From a virus (lineage: Duplodnaviria > Caudoviricetes), in IMG/VR virus record IMGVR_UViG_3300044676_005314, positions 7,807-71,806 of that record: DNA of 64,000 bases. One strand, written 5' to 3'. The notes beneath the pieces were generated by a model. It worked only from the letters and a program-made list of their open reading frames with translations, was not told where the DNA came from and did no database searches. Below, in pieces: positions 14,112 through 23,252 of the stretch (positions within the stretch are counted from its first letter, which is position 1; every line of letters starts with the position of its first letter). Both the position numbers and the translations under genes were made by a program.

Positions 14112-16625
14112 ATGGCTGAAGAGAAAAGTTTTTATAGAAAAACAGTAGATTACTTACAGAGACCACCACAAAGATTAGAAGTTAAAAGAGGGCCTCTAGA
14201 TAAACACGAACAAGTACAAGGCTCTGTTTGGGGATACAATACACAATCCGGTTATTTTCCACAAAAATTAATTGATGACTTAGGAGATGGATTAGGTAAT
14301 TCAGCTGTAGTCGCTTGTCTTAATGTTTTAGCAACATCATTCGCAGAACCTCAATTAAAAGTTTATATAAAAAATGACCAAGGTAAGTTAGAACAAAAAG
14401 CTCATCCATTAGAACAATTACTTCAAAGACCAAATGAATTTATATCCGGTTCTATTCTTTCACACTACATAGTTACTTCTTTATCTGCTCACGGAGATGC
14501 TTTCTTAATGAAAGTTAAAGATGGTCAAGGTAAAGTCGTTCAGTTAGTTCCTTTAATGCCTAGTTATGTAAAGGTTAGAGGAAACACTCGTGAATTAATT
14601 ACTCATTATGAATATCACGCAGTACAAAAAGGCAACGGGTTGCATCAAGAATATATTGAAATACCTAGAGAAAATGTAGTTCACATTAGACAAGGAATGG
14701 ACCCCGATGACCACAGAAGAGGTTTCTCGCCACTTCGCTCAGTTATGAGAGAGTTGGCAGGAGACGAGGCAGCAGGACAATTCGCTGTTGCTTTGCTACA
14801 CAATATGGCTGTCCCGGGAGTTATCTTAAGTCCAAAAGATGACTCTATGGGCGGGCCTACAAGAGAAGAAGCAGAAGGAATAGCACAATCTTTTAAATCT
14901 AAATTTTCCGGTGCTAACAGAGGTGCGCCAATGATTATGACAGGTGCTATGGATGTAGATGTAGTTTCATTTACCCCGGAACAATTAAACTTAACTGCTT
15001 TAAGAAGATTACCGGAAGAAAGAGTTTCTTCTGTTTTAGGTGTGCCCGCAATTCTCGCCGGCCTCGGCGCTGGATTGGACGCAGCAACATACAACAATAC
15101 TCGTGAACTAAGAGAGTTTTTTACTGAACAAAAAATGATTCCAATGTGGTCTTCTGTAGCAGATGAACTTACACATCAATTATTACATCAAGATTTTGTA
15201 GATAGTAACTACGAATACTTCTGTGCTTATGACTTAGACCAAGTTAGAGCATTATCAGAAGACAAGAAAGAACAAGTCCTAACAATGAACTCCGCGGTGC
15301 AAGGGGGCTTCGTCACAATAAGCGAAGCTAGACAAGCATTAGGTTTAGAGGTTGATGATTCTCACGATATCTATTTAAGACCTTTAAATATGGTAGCTGT
15401 GCCGGAAGGAGAGACAGGAATTGTGACTCCTATTGAAGGAGAGCCTGCCCCTTCGGCACAACCACCATCTGATGAAGATGAGCCGGAAGAAGATGATGAA
15501 AAGGCAACTTTAAATACATCTCGATTCCAACCGGAGGTTCGTAGAAGCAAGAGAAGAATAGGAAAGAGAAAATCTGTTATAATTGACACAACAATGGAAT
15601 TTAAAGCATCAGAACAAGACAATATAGTTTTATCAGAAGAAGAAAAAGCTGCTGCTGTCTCTGCTAAAGTAAAAAAAGTATTACAAAAGAAAGTAAAAGA
15701 CCACAATGCAGGAAGTTCAAAATATAAAGTTACTTATGGAAAGTTGGCAATTATATTCAGACGAGGTGTTGGTGCCTATAGAACGAACCCAGCTTCAGTG
15801 CGAGGTAATGTTTCTTCGGCAACACAGTGGGGAATAGCCCGTGTCAACGCTTGGTTAAAAGGACTTAAAGGTTCTTTCCCAAGAAAACCTTTTGATACCG
15901 ATTTATTACCAGCAGGACATCCTCAAAAAAAGAAACAAGATAAAAAAGCTGCATCAGTTAAAGCTGGAGATACAGTTTCTTGGTCAATAAATAAAGACCC
16001 CGACCCACCTTCAACAGTTCACGGTGTAGTTACTTCTGTCAATAGTGAGAAGAAAGAAGCAACTATGATGGTATGGGCAATTATGGATGATGGTTCACAT
16101 CAAAAAACTGATAGAAGCGTTACTCAACCAATTTCTAAATTAAAAAAAATTAAAGATTTTCGTAAAGAATCTAAAGCTAAAAAAGATAAACCAACCAATT
16201 TCCCTTCATCCGGTGATAATCAGAAAATTAGCTTAAGTAATTCTAAATTCAAACAGTTTCCAGATAAAAGATATGTTGATAATTTGAAAGAAAATTATCC
16301 AGCTATATGGAGAAGAGCAGGTACCGGAGGTAATCCACCTACTTCGTTTACTGGAAACGATGCCTACAGAAATTGGAGTAAGTATAAAGCTGGAGACAGA
16401 AGTTCATCAGTTTTATCTTGGGTTAAAAGACGAGAAAGTTTTATGGCCCGACACCAAGGAAATACCAGACTGAACGGAATTATTGCTGTAATGAAATGGG
16501 GAGGTGTGACGAAATCTGGAGTGAGTACTATGAAAAAGATAGTTAATGAGCAAAAGAAAAAAGAAGATGCTCGTAAAAAGAAAGCTCACGAAATGTTGTC
16601 TCACACTGACGATTTAACAAGTTAA
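14112..16625 (+). CDS. HK97-family portal with a long C-terminal multi-domain extension
   Basis: NSAVVAC..VLA, HGDAF, HIRQ...GFSP, NMAVPG.IL, LRRL..E.V..VLGVP, TYNN motifs in the first ~440 aa; position after terL. Confidence 0.92.
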   Translation: MAEEKSFYRKTVDYLQRPPQRLEVKRGPLDKHEQVQGSVWGYNTQSGYFPQKLIDDLGDGLGNSAVVACLNVLATSFAEPQLKVYIKNDQGKLEQKAHPLEQLLQRPNEFISGSILSHYIVTSLSAHGDAFLMKVKDGQGKVVQLVPLMPSYVKVRGNTRELITHYEYHAVQKGNGLHQEYIEIPRENVVHIRQGMDPDDHRRGFSPLRSVMRELAGDEAAGQFAVALLHNMAVPGVILSPKDDSMGGPTREEAEGIAQSFKSKFSGANRGAPMIMTGAMDVDVVSFTPEQLNLTALRRLPEERVSSVLGVPAILAGLGAGLDAATYNNTRELREFFTEQKMIPMWSSVADELTHQLLHQDFVDSNYEYFCAYDLDQVRALSEDKKEQVLTMNSAVQGGFVTISEARQALGLEVDDSHDIYLRPLNMVAVPEGETGIVTPIEGEPAPSAQPPSDEDEPEEDDEKATLNTSRFQPEVRRSKRRIGKRKSVIIDTTMEFKASEQDNIVLSEEEKAAAVSAKVKKVLQKKVKDHNAGSSKYKVTYGKLAIIFRRGVGAYRTNPASVRGNVSSATQWGIARVNAWLKGLKGSFPRKPFDTDLLPAGHPQKKKQDKKAASVKAGDTVSWSINKDPDPPSTVHGVVTSVNSEKKEATMMVWAIMDDGSHQKTDRSVTQPISKLKKIKDFRKESKAKKDKPTNFPSSGDNQKISLSNSKFKQFPDKRYVDNLKENYPAIWRRAGTGGNPPTSFTGNDAYRNWSKYKAGDRSSSVLSWVKRRESFMARHQGNTRLNGIIAVMKWGGVTKSGVSTMKKIVNEQKKKEDARKKKAHEMLSHTDDLTS

Positions 16626-16662
16626 AATAAGTTATAGTATCGAAAGGTATATGAGTAGGTAA

Positions 16663-17940
16663 ATGAAAGATAAATTTAACAAGTCTATTGAGTTTAAAAC
16701 AATAGATGAAGAAAAAGGAAAAGTTGAGGCAGTTTTCTCTGTTTACAACAAATTAGACACAGATGGCGATGTAGTCATTCCCGGAGCAATCAAATCCGGT
16801 TTTAAAGATAATCAAGTTCCTATGGTATTCGCTCACAAGTGGGACCAACCAATTGGTAAAGGGACAATAGAAACAGATGACAACAAAGCTACATTCAAAG
16901 GCACATTCTTTATGGGTACAGAAGCCGGTAAGGAAGCATACAATCTTGCAAAAGAGATGGGCGACTTACAAGAATGGTCATTTGGATTTAGAATCAACGA
17001 TTATGAAGTAGCACCATTTAAAAAAGATGGTATAGATGAAGAAGTTGATGTTCGCTATCTAAAAGATTTAGAAGTATTTGAAGTTTCACCAGTTTTAGTT
17101 GGTGCAAACAGAGAAACCTACACATTAGCAATTAAGTCTGGCGAAGATGCAGTTTATGAATCTAGCGAGGAAAAAGCTGCAAATGATGAGGATATCTTCG
17201 ATAACGAAGAAGATGCTAAAAAAAGAGCAGAGGAACTAGGATGTTCCGGAACTCATCAACACGATGTAGATGGTAAAGAGGTTTATATGCCTTGTTCTAC
17301 ACACACAGCTTATGAAAATATGATTAACGACGAAAAAGATTTAGGTGGAGAACCAGAAGAAGAGTCTTCTTGCAGTTGTGACTGTAAGAAAGAAAATTCT
17401 GAGGAGCCACAAGAAAAGATTTCTGAAGAGGAAAATTCCAGCTTGCAAGGAGTAACTTTTTCAGCCGAGGTGAAGGAAGTGCTTGCTGCTTTAGAGAGCC
17501 TCATAGTACGAGCAAAGGCAATAGCCATTTTGCGCGAAAAAGATGGAAGGACATTATCGGTGAAAGCTAGTTCTGCTTTAAGGGCAGTACAAGATGACCT
17601 AAATGATGCGTGGAACGAGATTGATACAATTATCGATGAAAACATAGAAATCCCAGAAGCCGAAGCTGACGCTGAAGTTGAAACTGCTATTGAAGAAGTT
17701 GCAACTGAGGAAGTTACAGAAGAGGCTGTATCTGAAGAAGTTACTGAGGAAGTATCCGAAGAAGTTTCTGAAGAAGTAGAAGTCGAAGTTTCAGAAGAAA
17801 TTGTAGAAGAAGAGGAAGAAGCTGAAGATGAAGTCGTTGAACTCGAAGAGATTGACGAAGAATTTGAAGCTCTTTTTACAGAAGCTCAAAATACGCTCAC
17901 AGAGGCCACTTTACTTGAATTAGACGACGAAGAAGTATAA
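16663..17940 (+). CDS. HK97-type prohead protease with acidic scaffold-like tail
   Basis: D.DGDV..PGA, PMVFAH...PIG, WSFGF, L.VFEVSPV..GAN. Confidence 0.92.
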   Translation: MKDKFNKSIEFKTIDEEKGKVEAVFSVYNKLDTDGDVVIPGAIKSGFKDNQVPMVFAHKWDQPIGKGTIETDDNKATFKGTFFMGTEAGKEAYNLAKEMGDLQEWSFGFRINDYEVAPFKKDGIDEEVDVRYLKDLEVFEVSPVLVGANRETYTLAIKSGEDAVYESSEEKAANDEDIFDNEEDAKKRAEELGCSGTHQHDVDGKEVYMPCSTHTAYENMINDEKDLGGEPEEESSCSCDCKKENSEEPQEKISEEENSSLQGVTFSAEVKEVLAALESLIVRAKAIAILREKDGRTLSVKASSALRAVQDDLNDAWNEIDTIIDENIEIPEAEADAEVETAIEEVATEEVTEEAVSEEVTEEVSEEVSEEVEVEVSEEIVEEEEEAEDEVVELEEIDEEFEALFTEAQNTLTEATLLELDDEEV

Positions 17941-17965
17941 GCTAACAATTTTGGAGACAAATATA

Positions 17966-19207
17966 ATGTCAAATTATAAAGAACAAATTTCCAAAAAGCG
18001 TGCTGAGTTAAAAGACGTATTTGATAATCCTGCTTTAGAGGACGGAAAATATGATGCCGAGCAAAAAAATGCTATAAACGGTCTTAACACAGAACTTGCT
18101 GGATTAGTTGATGCTGCTAACTTAGAAAAAAGCAAAGCCAAGAATGAAAAAGCTATGGAAACTGAAGCATATGCTCCAGAAGCTCCAAAAGGCGTTGAAA
18201 CCATTGGTGAAGCTTTCATTAAGTCAGAAGCATACAAAGGATATCAAGCAGACGGTGTTAAAGGAATGGACTCAACAGTAGATTTTTCCCCTATGGGATA
18301 CAAAGCTACTTTGGGTGCTGGTTTAACTCAAGCTTACGCTCCGGAAGTTTTAAGGCAACCGGGAATCTTAGAGAAAGCTCTTAGAGACCCAGATGCTGTT
18401 ATTGGTCTATTCGACCAAATCGAAACAACCCAAAATTCCTTCGCATATATGGAAGAAACTACCTTCACTAATGCTGCTGCTGAACAAGCTGAAGAAGCTA
18501 CAACAGCTGAAGCAACATTAGATTTCACAGAACAAACTGCACCAATTAGAAAAGTTGGTGTTTTCTTGCCTGTGACAGAAGAACTTCTTGCAGATGTTGC
18601 TGGAATTCAAGGTTATGTAAACTCAAGACTCGGAACAATGATGAAATTGAGATTAGATTCTCAACTTCTTTCCGGTGACGGTACAGCACCAAACATCGAG
18701 GGTCTCCTTGATGCTGGTAAAACTAATGTCGATTCAATCGACTATAGCTCTTACTCTGGTGAACTGAAGCAATTCGGTGCTATGTATCAAGCAATTACAA
18801 ATATTAGAACTGGTGCTTTCGTAGAACCAGATAATATTGTAATGCACCCTAACGATTGGAACTCAATTGTGACTTCAGTCACAGACTTTGCGGGTACATC
18901 TTCAGCAGGTTATGCTGCTAAGAACCCTCTATATGTCGTTTCTGGTGGTTTTGGAGATTCTCCAACACCTAGAATTTGGGGTCTTCCAGTTGTGCCAACC
19001 ACAGCTATCGCAGAGAACACAGTTCTTATCGGTAGATTTGGTGGCGGTGAAGCTGCTCACGTTGTGATGCGACAAGGTCTCGACCTTGCAGTATCTGATT
19101 CTCATAGTGACTTTTTCCTTAAAGGAAAATTAGCTATTAGAGCAACTATGAGAGTTGGTCTTGTTGTTTATAGACAAGAAGCATTCTCAAAGATTACATC
19201 CTTCTAA
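17966..19207 (+). CDS. major capsid protein, HK97 fold (start revised to MSNYKE)
   Basis: N-terminal coiled coil (delta-like), IRKVGVFLPVTEELL.D, LD.QLL.GDG, VMHP.DW, IWGLPVV.T, LAIRA.MR....VYR.EAF. Confidence 0.95.
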   Translation: MSNYKEQISKKRAELKDVFDNPALEDGKYDAEQKNAINGLNTELAGLVDAANLEKSKAKNEKAMETEAYAPEAPKGVETIGEAFIKSEAYKGYQADGVKGMDSTVDFSPMGYKATLGAGLTQAYAPEVLRQPGILEKALRDPDAVIGLFDQIETTQNSFAYMEETTFTNAAAEQAEEATTAEATLDFTEQTAPIRKVGVFLPVTEELLADVAGIQGYVNSRLGTMMKLRLDSQLLSGDGTAPNIEGLLDAGKTNVDSIDYSSYSGELKQFGAMYQAITNIRTGAFVEPDNIVMHPNDWNSIVTSVTDFAGTSSAGYAAKNPLYVVSGGFGDSPTPRIWGLPVVPTTAIAENTVLIGRFGGGEAAHVVMRQGLDLAVSDSHSDFFLKGKLAIRATMRVGLVVYRQEAFSKITSF

Positions 19208-19223
19208 GGATTAATCTAATTTT

Positions 19224-19252
19224 TGAAGGGGTGGGCAACTGCCCCTTCATTT
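19224..19252 (+). terminator. hairpin/terminator after capsid gene
   Basis: TGAAGGGG / CCCCTTCA stem. Confidence 0.6.
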
Positions 19253-19267
19253 AAAATAAAGGAAATT

Positions 19268-19513
19268 ATGGAATATATAAAAGTAAAAAAAGATATTTGG
19301 AAAATGCAAGACGGTTCTTTATTTGAGGGAAACATCAATGATGTTCCTAAAGGTAATCCTTCAAAAATAGCTAAAGCAGGACACGAATATAAAGTAGAAT
19401 ATTTAGAATCTCACGGTTGGGGTGAAAAGAAAGCTGCTCCTAAGAAAAAAGCTGCAGCAAAAAAATCTCCAGAGACTAAAGCTGTCAAAAAAGACGACGT
19501 AGAAGACAAGTAA
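19268..19513 (+). CDS. small head-associated protein with Lys/Ala-rich tail
   Basis: AAGGA RBS; position after capsid. Confidence 0.65.
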   Translation: MEYIKVKKDIWKMQDGSLFEGNINDVPKGNPSKIAKAGHEYKVEYLESHGWGEKKAAPKKKAAAKKSPETKAVKKDDVEDK

Positions 19514-19523
19514 GGAGTAGCCA

Positions 19524-20210
19524 GTGGCACTTTCAGCAGTTTCTGACGTACAGTCTGCCATTGGTATAGATGTTTCTACAACAGATGAAACTTCTATTAC
19601 AAACATTTTTATACCGGCAGCAGATGCGGCTATTAAAAATTATGTTGGATATGAATTAGAATACTCATCTTCTATCGTTGATACTTTTGACGGTAATAAT
19701 GAAGATGAACTTTATTCTTCAGTGGCACCCATAGTTTCTGTTACTTCTTTAGTGGAAGACGAAGTCACACTTACAGAAGGAAATCAAGAACATTTTGTTG
19801 TGTATAAAGCACTTGGCAAGATAAAAAGAACAAACTATAAAAGATTTAGTGATATTAGATTACAAAATGTAGTTTTAACTTACACAGCTGGTTATTCCGA
19901 TTCTGAAGCAACAGCTGAAGATATACCAAAAGATATAAAGTTTATTAGTGCTAGGGCTTCTGGAAGATTATTTGTTGCATCAGCTGCTTTAGGTTCACAA
20001 CAATCAACAGGTTCAGTAGGAACACACAGTGCAGATAGTTCAACTGATTCACAATTTCAGCTTGTGAGAAACGAAAGAATTGGTGATTATTCAGCAACTT
20101 ATGAGTCTGTAGCAGATTTAATGGGTCAAGATATATTAACTAAAGAAGATAAAGCAGTTTTAAGTAAGTATAAAAGACAATACTTCACATCGGCAACAAT
20201 ACTCGACTAG
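19524..20210 (+). CDS. head-tail connector/adaptor (gp6/gp15-like)
   Basis: AA..AIKNY.G, LTYTAGY...IP.DI, ERIGDYS.TY, L.KYKR; synteny. Confidence 0.8.
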   Translation: MALSAVSDVQSAIGIDVSTTDETSITNIFIPAADAAIKNYVGYELEYSSSIVDTFDGNNEDELYSSVAPIVSVTSLVEDEVTLTEGNQEHFVVYKALGKIKRTNYKRFSDIRLQNVVLTYTAGYSDSEATAEDIPKDIKFISARASGRLFVASAALGSQQSTGSVGTHSADSSTDSQFQLVRNERIGDYSATYESVADLMGQDILTKEDKAVLSKYKRQYFTSATILD

Positions 20211-20220
20211 ACTATATCAT

Positions 20221-20418
20221 ATGGATATAGAAGCAAATAAATCGCAAAGAACAGCATATCTTCGTGGAATCGATGATGCAAAGTTTAAAGAAGCAGTTCT
20301 AGACCAAATGAATTCTTTAAGATTACAAAAAGTAAATCTTGTTGATGATATGGATGTAATATTGAACGAATATCTTAAAGTTTGTAAAAAGTTCCCTACA
20401 AAGATAAAAAATAAGTAA
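20221..20418 (+). CDS. hypothetical protein, leaderless
   Basis: TAGACT 7 nt before ATG. Confidence 0.65.
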   Translation: MDIEANKSQRTAYLRGIDDAKFKEAVLDQMNSLRLQKVNLVDDMDVILNEYLKVCKKFPTKIKNK

Positions 20419-20420
20419 AA

Positions 20421-20660
20421 ATGGCTAGATATGACTACAAGTGTTCTAAATGTGAACATATGTTTGAAGTTACACATTCAATACACGATGAACCAAAGGT
20501 AAAATGTGAAAAATGTAAAGCAATATCTAATAGACAGATTAGCACTAGGGTTAATCTCTATGGAACTGTTGGCATTGATTGGAATACTGACCCTAGCAAA
20601 CTTTCTTCATCAATGAAAGAAAAAGCTAAGGCCGCATCCAAACGTAAAGTTAAATTTTAA
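20421..20660 (+). CDS. FmdB-family zinc-ribbon protein
   Basis: M.RYDYKCSKCEH.FE......DEP...CEKC. Confidence 0.85.
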   Translation: MARYDYKCSKCEHMFEVTHSIHDEPKVKCEKCKAISNRQISTRVNLYGTVGIDWNTDPSKLSSSMKEKAKAASKRKVKF

Positions 20661-20944
20661 GGATTAAAATATCCTGCTATACCGTAGCCACAGCTACCGG
20701 ATTCAATCTCAGAAACTAAACAATCTTCCGGAATTATAGAATCATCGTGTTCATCTACAATTTCTCCGTTATACCAAAATATAGCATTTGAATAATCAGT
20801 TCTATGTTGACAATCAGCAGGTGGTGTTGTTGGGTCTAAATCTTCACAATATATTTCTGTATAGTTGTCCCAATACATAGAAGGCATAGCATTTAAGTTC
20901 GCTCCCCCACCTAATATTGTTATTGTTAATAGTAAACTTATCAT
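20657..20944 (-). CDS. small secreted Cys-containing protein
   Basis: N-terminal hydrophobic signal, four Cys. Confidence 0.6.
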   Translation of the reverse strand: MISLLLTITILGGGANLNAMPSMYWDNYTEIYCEDLDPTTPPADCQHRTDYSNAIFWYNGEIVDEHDDSIIPEDCLVSEIESGSCGYGIAGYFNP

Positions 20945-21159
20945 TCTTCCCTCTTCTCTAATTCTTTAATCTGCTTATCAGACATAAACCACTCAGCAGG
21001 AAAAGAATGATTTCTTTTTTCTATTTCCCACTCTTTCATTTCTACATAATAATCTAGGCGAATACAAAACCAATCTGCTATTTTACCAATAACATTGCTA
21101 GTACTTCTAGCTAACTCCATTATCATAACTTCTATTCGTTGAGCCATTTTATTCTCCAT
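20941..21159 (-). CDS. hypothetical protein
   Basis: coupled overlaps on both sides. Confidence 0.6.
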   Translation of the reverse strand: MENKMAQRIEVMIMELARSTSNVIGKIADWFCIRLDYYVEMKEWEIEKRNHSFPAEWFMSDKQIKELEKREE

Positions 21160-21668
21160 TTCTCTTCATCTTCCCAACACCATTCGCTACTACTCCAATC
21201 TTTCCATTGAGTTCTACCGTAAATTTCCTCTGCAAGAATAGATGCAAATAATATATTGTAATATGGGGTGTATTGAACTTTTGAAAATTCAAAACCTATA
21301 TCTGTTTTAGATGTTGGTCCGTTATATGGTCTTCCATAACGCATAACTACCCATTCATTCCACATAGGTTGATTGTATTTTTCAGCTACCCAATCCCAAG
21401 TCCAAGACACGAATTGCATAACGCCGGTGTCTCCGTTATCTTCTCTATGAGCATTAGATTTACCTCTAGATTCACACCAACCTATTCTGACTGCTGTGTC
21501 TATGTTTTCATAGTTAAAAAACTCTACATATAGAGAAGAATATTGCAACATTGATTTAGGTACATTATCCTTACACTCTATATAAGAGTTGATTTGTTGA
21601 TTTTCTGACATATTTGGCGCATCTGGAGTACCAAAAGTTGCCAAAAAAAGCATACAGCTTGCTATCAT
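21132..21668 (-). CDS. secreted lytic transglycosylase (SLT/lysozyme-like; start revised to MIASC)
   Basis: catalytic AVRI.WCES.G..NA, G.MQF...TW, N...A..L and W..W motifs; signal-like N-terminus; TTGACA(21717)-17-CATTAT promoter overlaps the track start. Confidence 0.8.
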   Translation of the reverse strand: MIASCMLFLATFGTPDAPNMSENQQINSYIECKDNVPKSMLQYSSLYVEFFNYENIDTAVRIGWCESRGKSNAHREDNGDTGVMQFVSWTWDWVAEKYNQPMWNEWVVMRYGRPYNGPTSKTDIGFEFSKVQYTPYYNILFASILAEEIYGRTQWKDWSSSEWCWEDEEKWRIKWLNE

Positions 21669-21723
21669 TATTATCCTTTCTAGAATTAATAATGCCATAC
21701 ATTGACTAGGATGTCAAGTATAT

Positions 21724-21948
21724 TTAGATATTTATTTGAATCGCTTGTTGTATTGTTTCTTTTTCAGAGTTTCCAGTAACAGCAGTTACATATTCGTTGA
21801 CAAAACGACCGTATTGGTCTTGTATCAAACGAAATATTTCCGCTTCCCAGCAGTTGGCCCATTTGTTCCAACTTAAGTAGACTGTCCTATCTCCTATTTT
21901 AAAGATTTTTTGCTTATCATCTTGAGCAATCATCTCTAATTCAGCCAT
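21724..21948 (-). CDS. hypothetical protein
   Basis: AAGGAGG RBS, TGC-TATACT extended -10. Confidence 0.7.
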   Translation of the reverse strand: MAELEMIAQDDKQKIFKIGDRTVYLSWNKWANCWEAEIFRLIQDQYGRFVNEYVTAVTGNSEKETIQQAIQINI

Positions 21949-22054
21949 AAAGGCCTCCTTTGCTACACACTATAAGTATAGCAGATTTTGACTAAATGTA
22001 AAAAAAAACGAAAAAAACTTGACATTTTTTAAAAATTATGGCATTATTGGTGTA

Positions 22055-22843
22055 ATGATGATAAAGGAGGATATATTGAATATCAATATAGACAACAAGG
22101 TTATGGACACAAAACCCACAATAGAACAAGCAGAGTTCTTATTTAAGAGGTTTCCTAATAAACCATTGCGTGAATGGGCTGAAGATTGGGGTGTTTCACA
22201 CGAACAAGTAAGGATTATGAAGATTAGATTAGGAATTCCTACTAGTCGTAAAGTGGAATATTCACTAGAAGTAGCTCAACCTGTAATAGATTTTATTGCA
22301 GAGGGTAGAGGTACTCTTAATACAACTCGTACATTTGCTGGAAGAAAATTCGGCAAAACTACTTTTTTTAATTGGATGGCAGAATATCCGGAGTTAAAAG
22401 ATGCTGTTATGAATGCTTTAGAAGAAGCAAGACATAACAAATTAAACCCAACTCATAAAGTATGTTCTCAAACCGGTAAAAGATTGCCTGTCTCAGAATT
22501 TTATAAAGACAGTAATACTTTAGATGGTTATTCAAGTAGAAGTAAAGAAGCAGTAAAAGCTAATGCTAAAAAGTATTATGAAGCTAGAAATGTTCCTGCT
22601 CCTACAGTAGAGGAAAAAGTATGCCCTGCTGTTTCAGATTTAGGACCACTTCCTGCAAAATATTTTGGACTAAGTTCAAAGCATTCAACAGGATTGCAAA
22701 CATACTGCAAAGAGTTTCAAAAACAATATCAGAGACTCTTGAATCAAGGTGAGGTATCAGAAGGCGAAGCTTACGATTTAGCTAAAGAACCAACATACTT
22801 GTATTTCGAAGACGAAGGATTTTTACCAAGAATTACTAATTAA
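22055..22843 (+). CDS. putative DNA-binding protein (two HTH-like segments plus degenerate zinc-finger-like repeats)
   Basis: LREWAEDWGVSHEQVR; KTTFFNW...PEL; TTGACA(22019)-17-CATTAT promoter; start 22055 or TTG 22076. Confidence 0.6.
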   Translation: MMIKEDILNINIDNKVMDTKPTIEQAEFLFKRFPNKPLREWAEDWGVSHEQVRIMKIRLGIPTSRKVEYSLEVAQPVIDFIAEGRGTLNTTRTFAGRKFGKTTFFNWMAEYPELKDAVMNALEEARHNKLNPTHKVCSQTGKRLPVSEFYKDSNTLDGYSSRSKEAVKANAKKYYEARNVPAPTVEEKVCPAVSDLGPLPAKYFGLSSKHSTGLQTYCKEFQKQYQRLLNQGEVSEGEAYDLAKEPTYLYFEDEGFLPRITN

Positions 22844-22861
22844 GTAAAAACCCAAATCAAT

Positions 22862-22890
22862 AAAACCCCTCCAAAGTGAGGGGTTTTTTT
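22862..22890 (+). terminator. intrinsic terminator
   Basis: AAAACCCCTC / GAGGGGTTTT plus T run. Confidence 0.8.
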
Positions 22891-22907
22891 ATTGGTATAA
22901 TAATAAT

Positions 22908-23252
22908 ATGCCAACATTACCAACATCGTTATTGAACGAAAGCGTGACAATACAATCATTAAGTGGTTCTTCTGTAGATGACAGAGGATTATCCACATCA
23001 ACTTGGTCAGATGCATCAACAAATGTACAAGCTCGTATTATGGATTCGGGCGGTGTAAGTGAAGTAGATGCAGATGGTAGAACTGAACAAAATGTAGAAT
23101 TTAGAATTTATATACCTGCAGACACAACTGTTTCTATGGATAACAGAGTTTCGTATGATGGCGTTTACTACAACATAAAAAATATTAAAAATATCAAAGA
23201 TAGATTTGGTAATACATTTTATAAAGAATTAATAATGGACTCGGGGTACTAA
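22908..23252 (+). CDS. head closure / head-tail adaptor (SPP1 gp16-like), leaderless
   Basis: LL...VTIQ....DD.G....W....V.AR; RIY.P.......RV..DG..Y.I; TATAAT 6 nt before ATG. Confidence 0.85.
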   Translation: MPTLPTSLLNESVTIQSLSGSSVDDRGLSTSTWSDASTNVQARIMDSGGVSEVDADGRTEQNVEFRIYIPADTTVSMDNRVSYDGVYYNIKNIKNIKDRFGNTFYKELIMDSGY

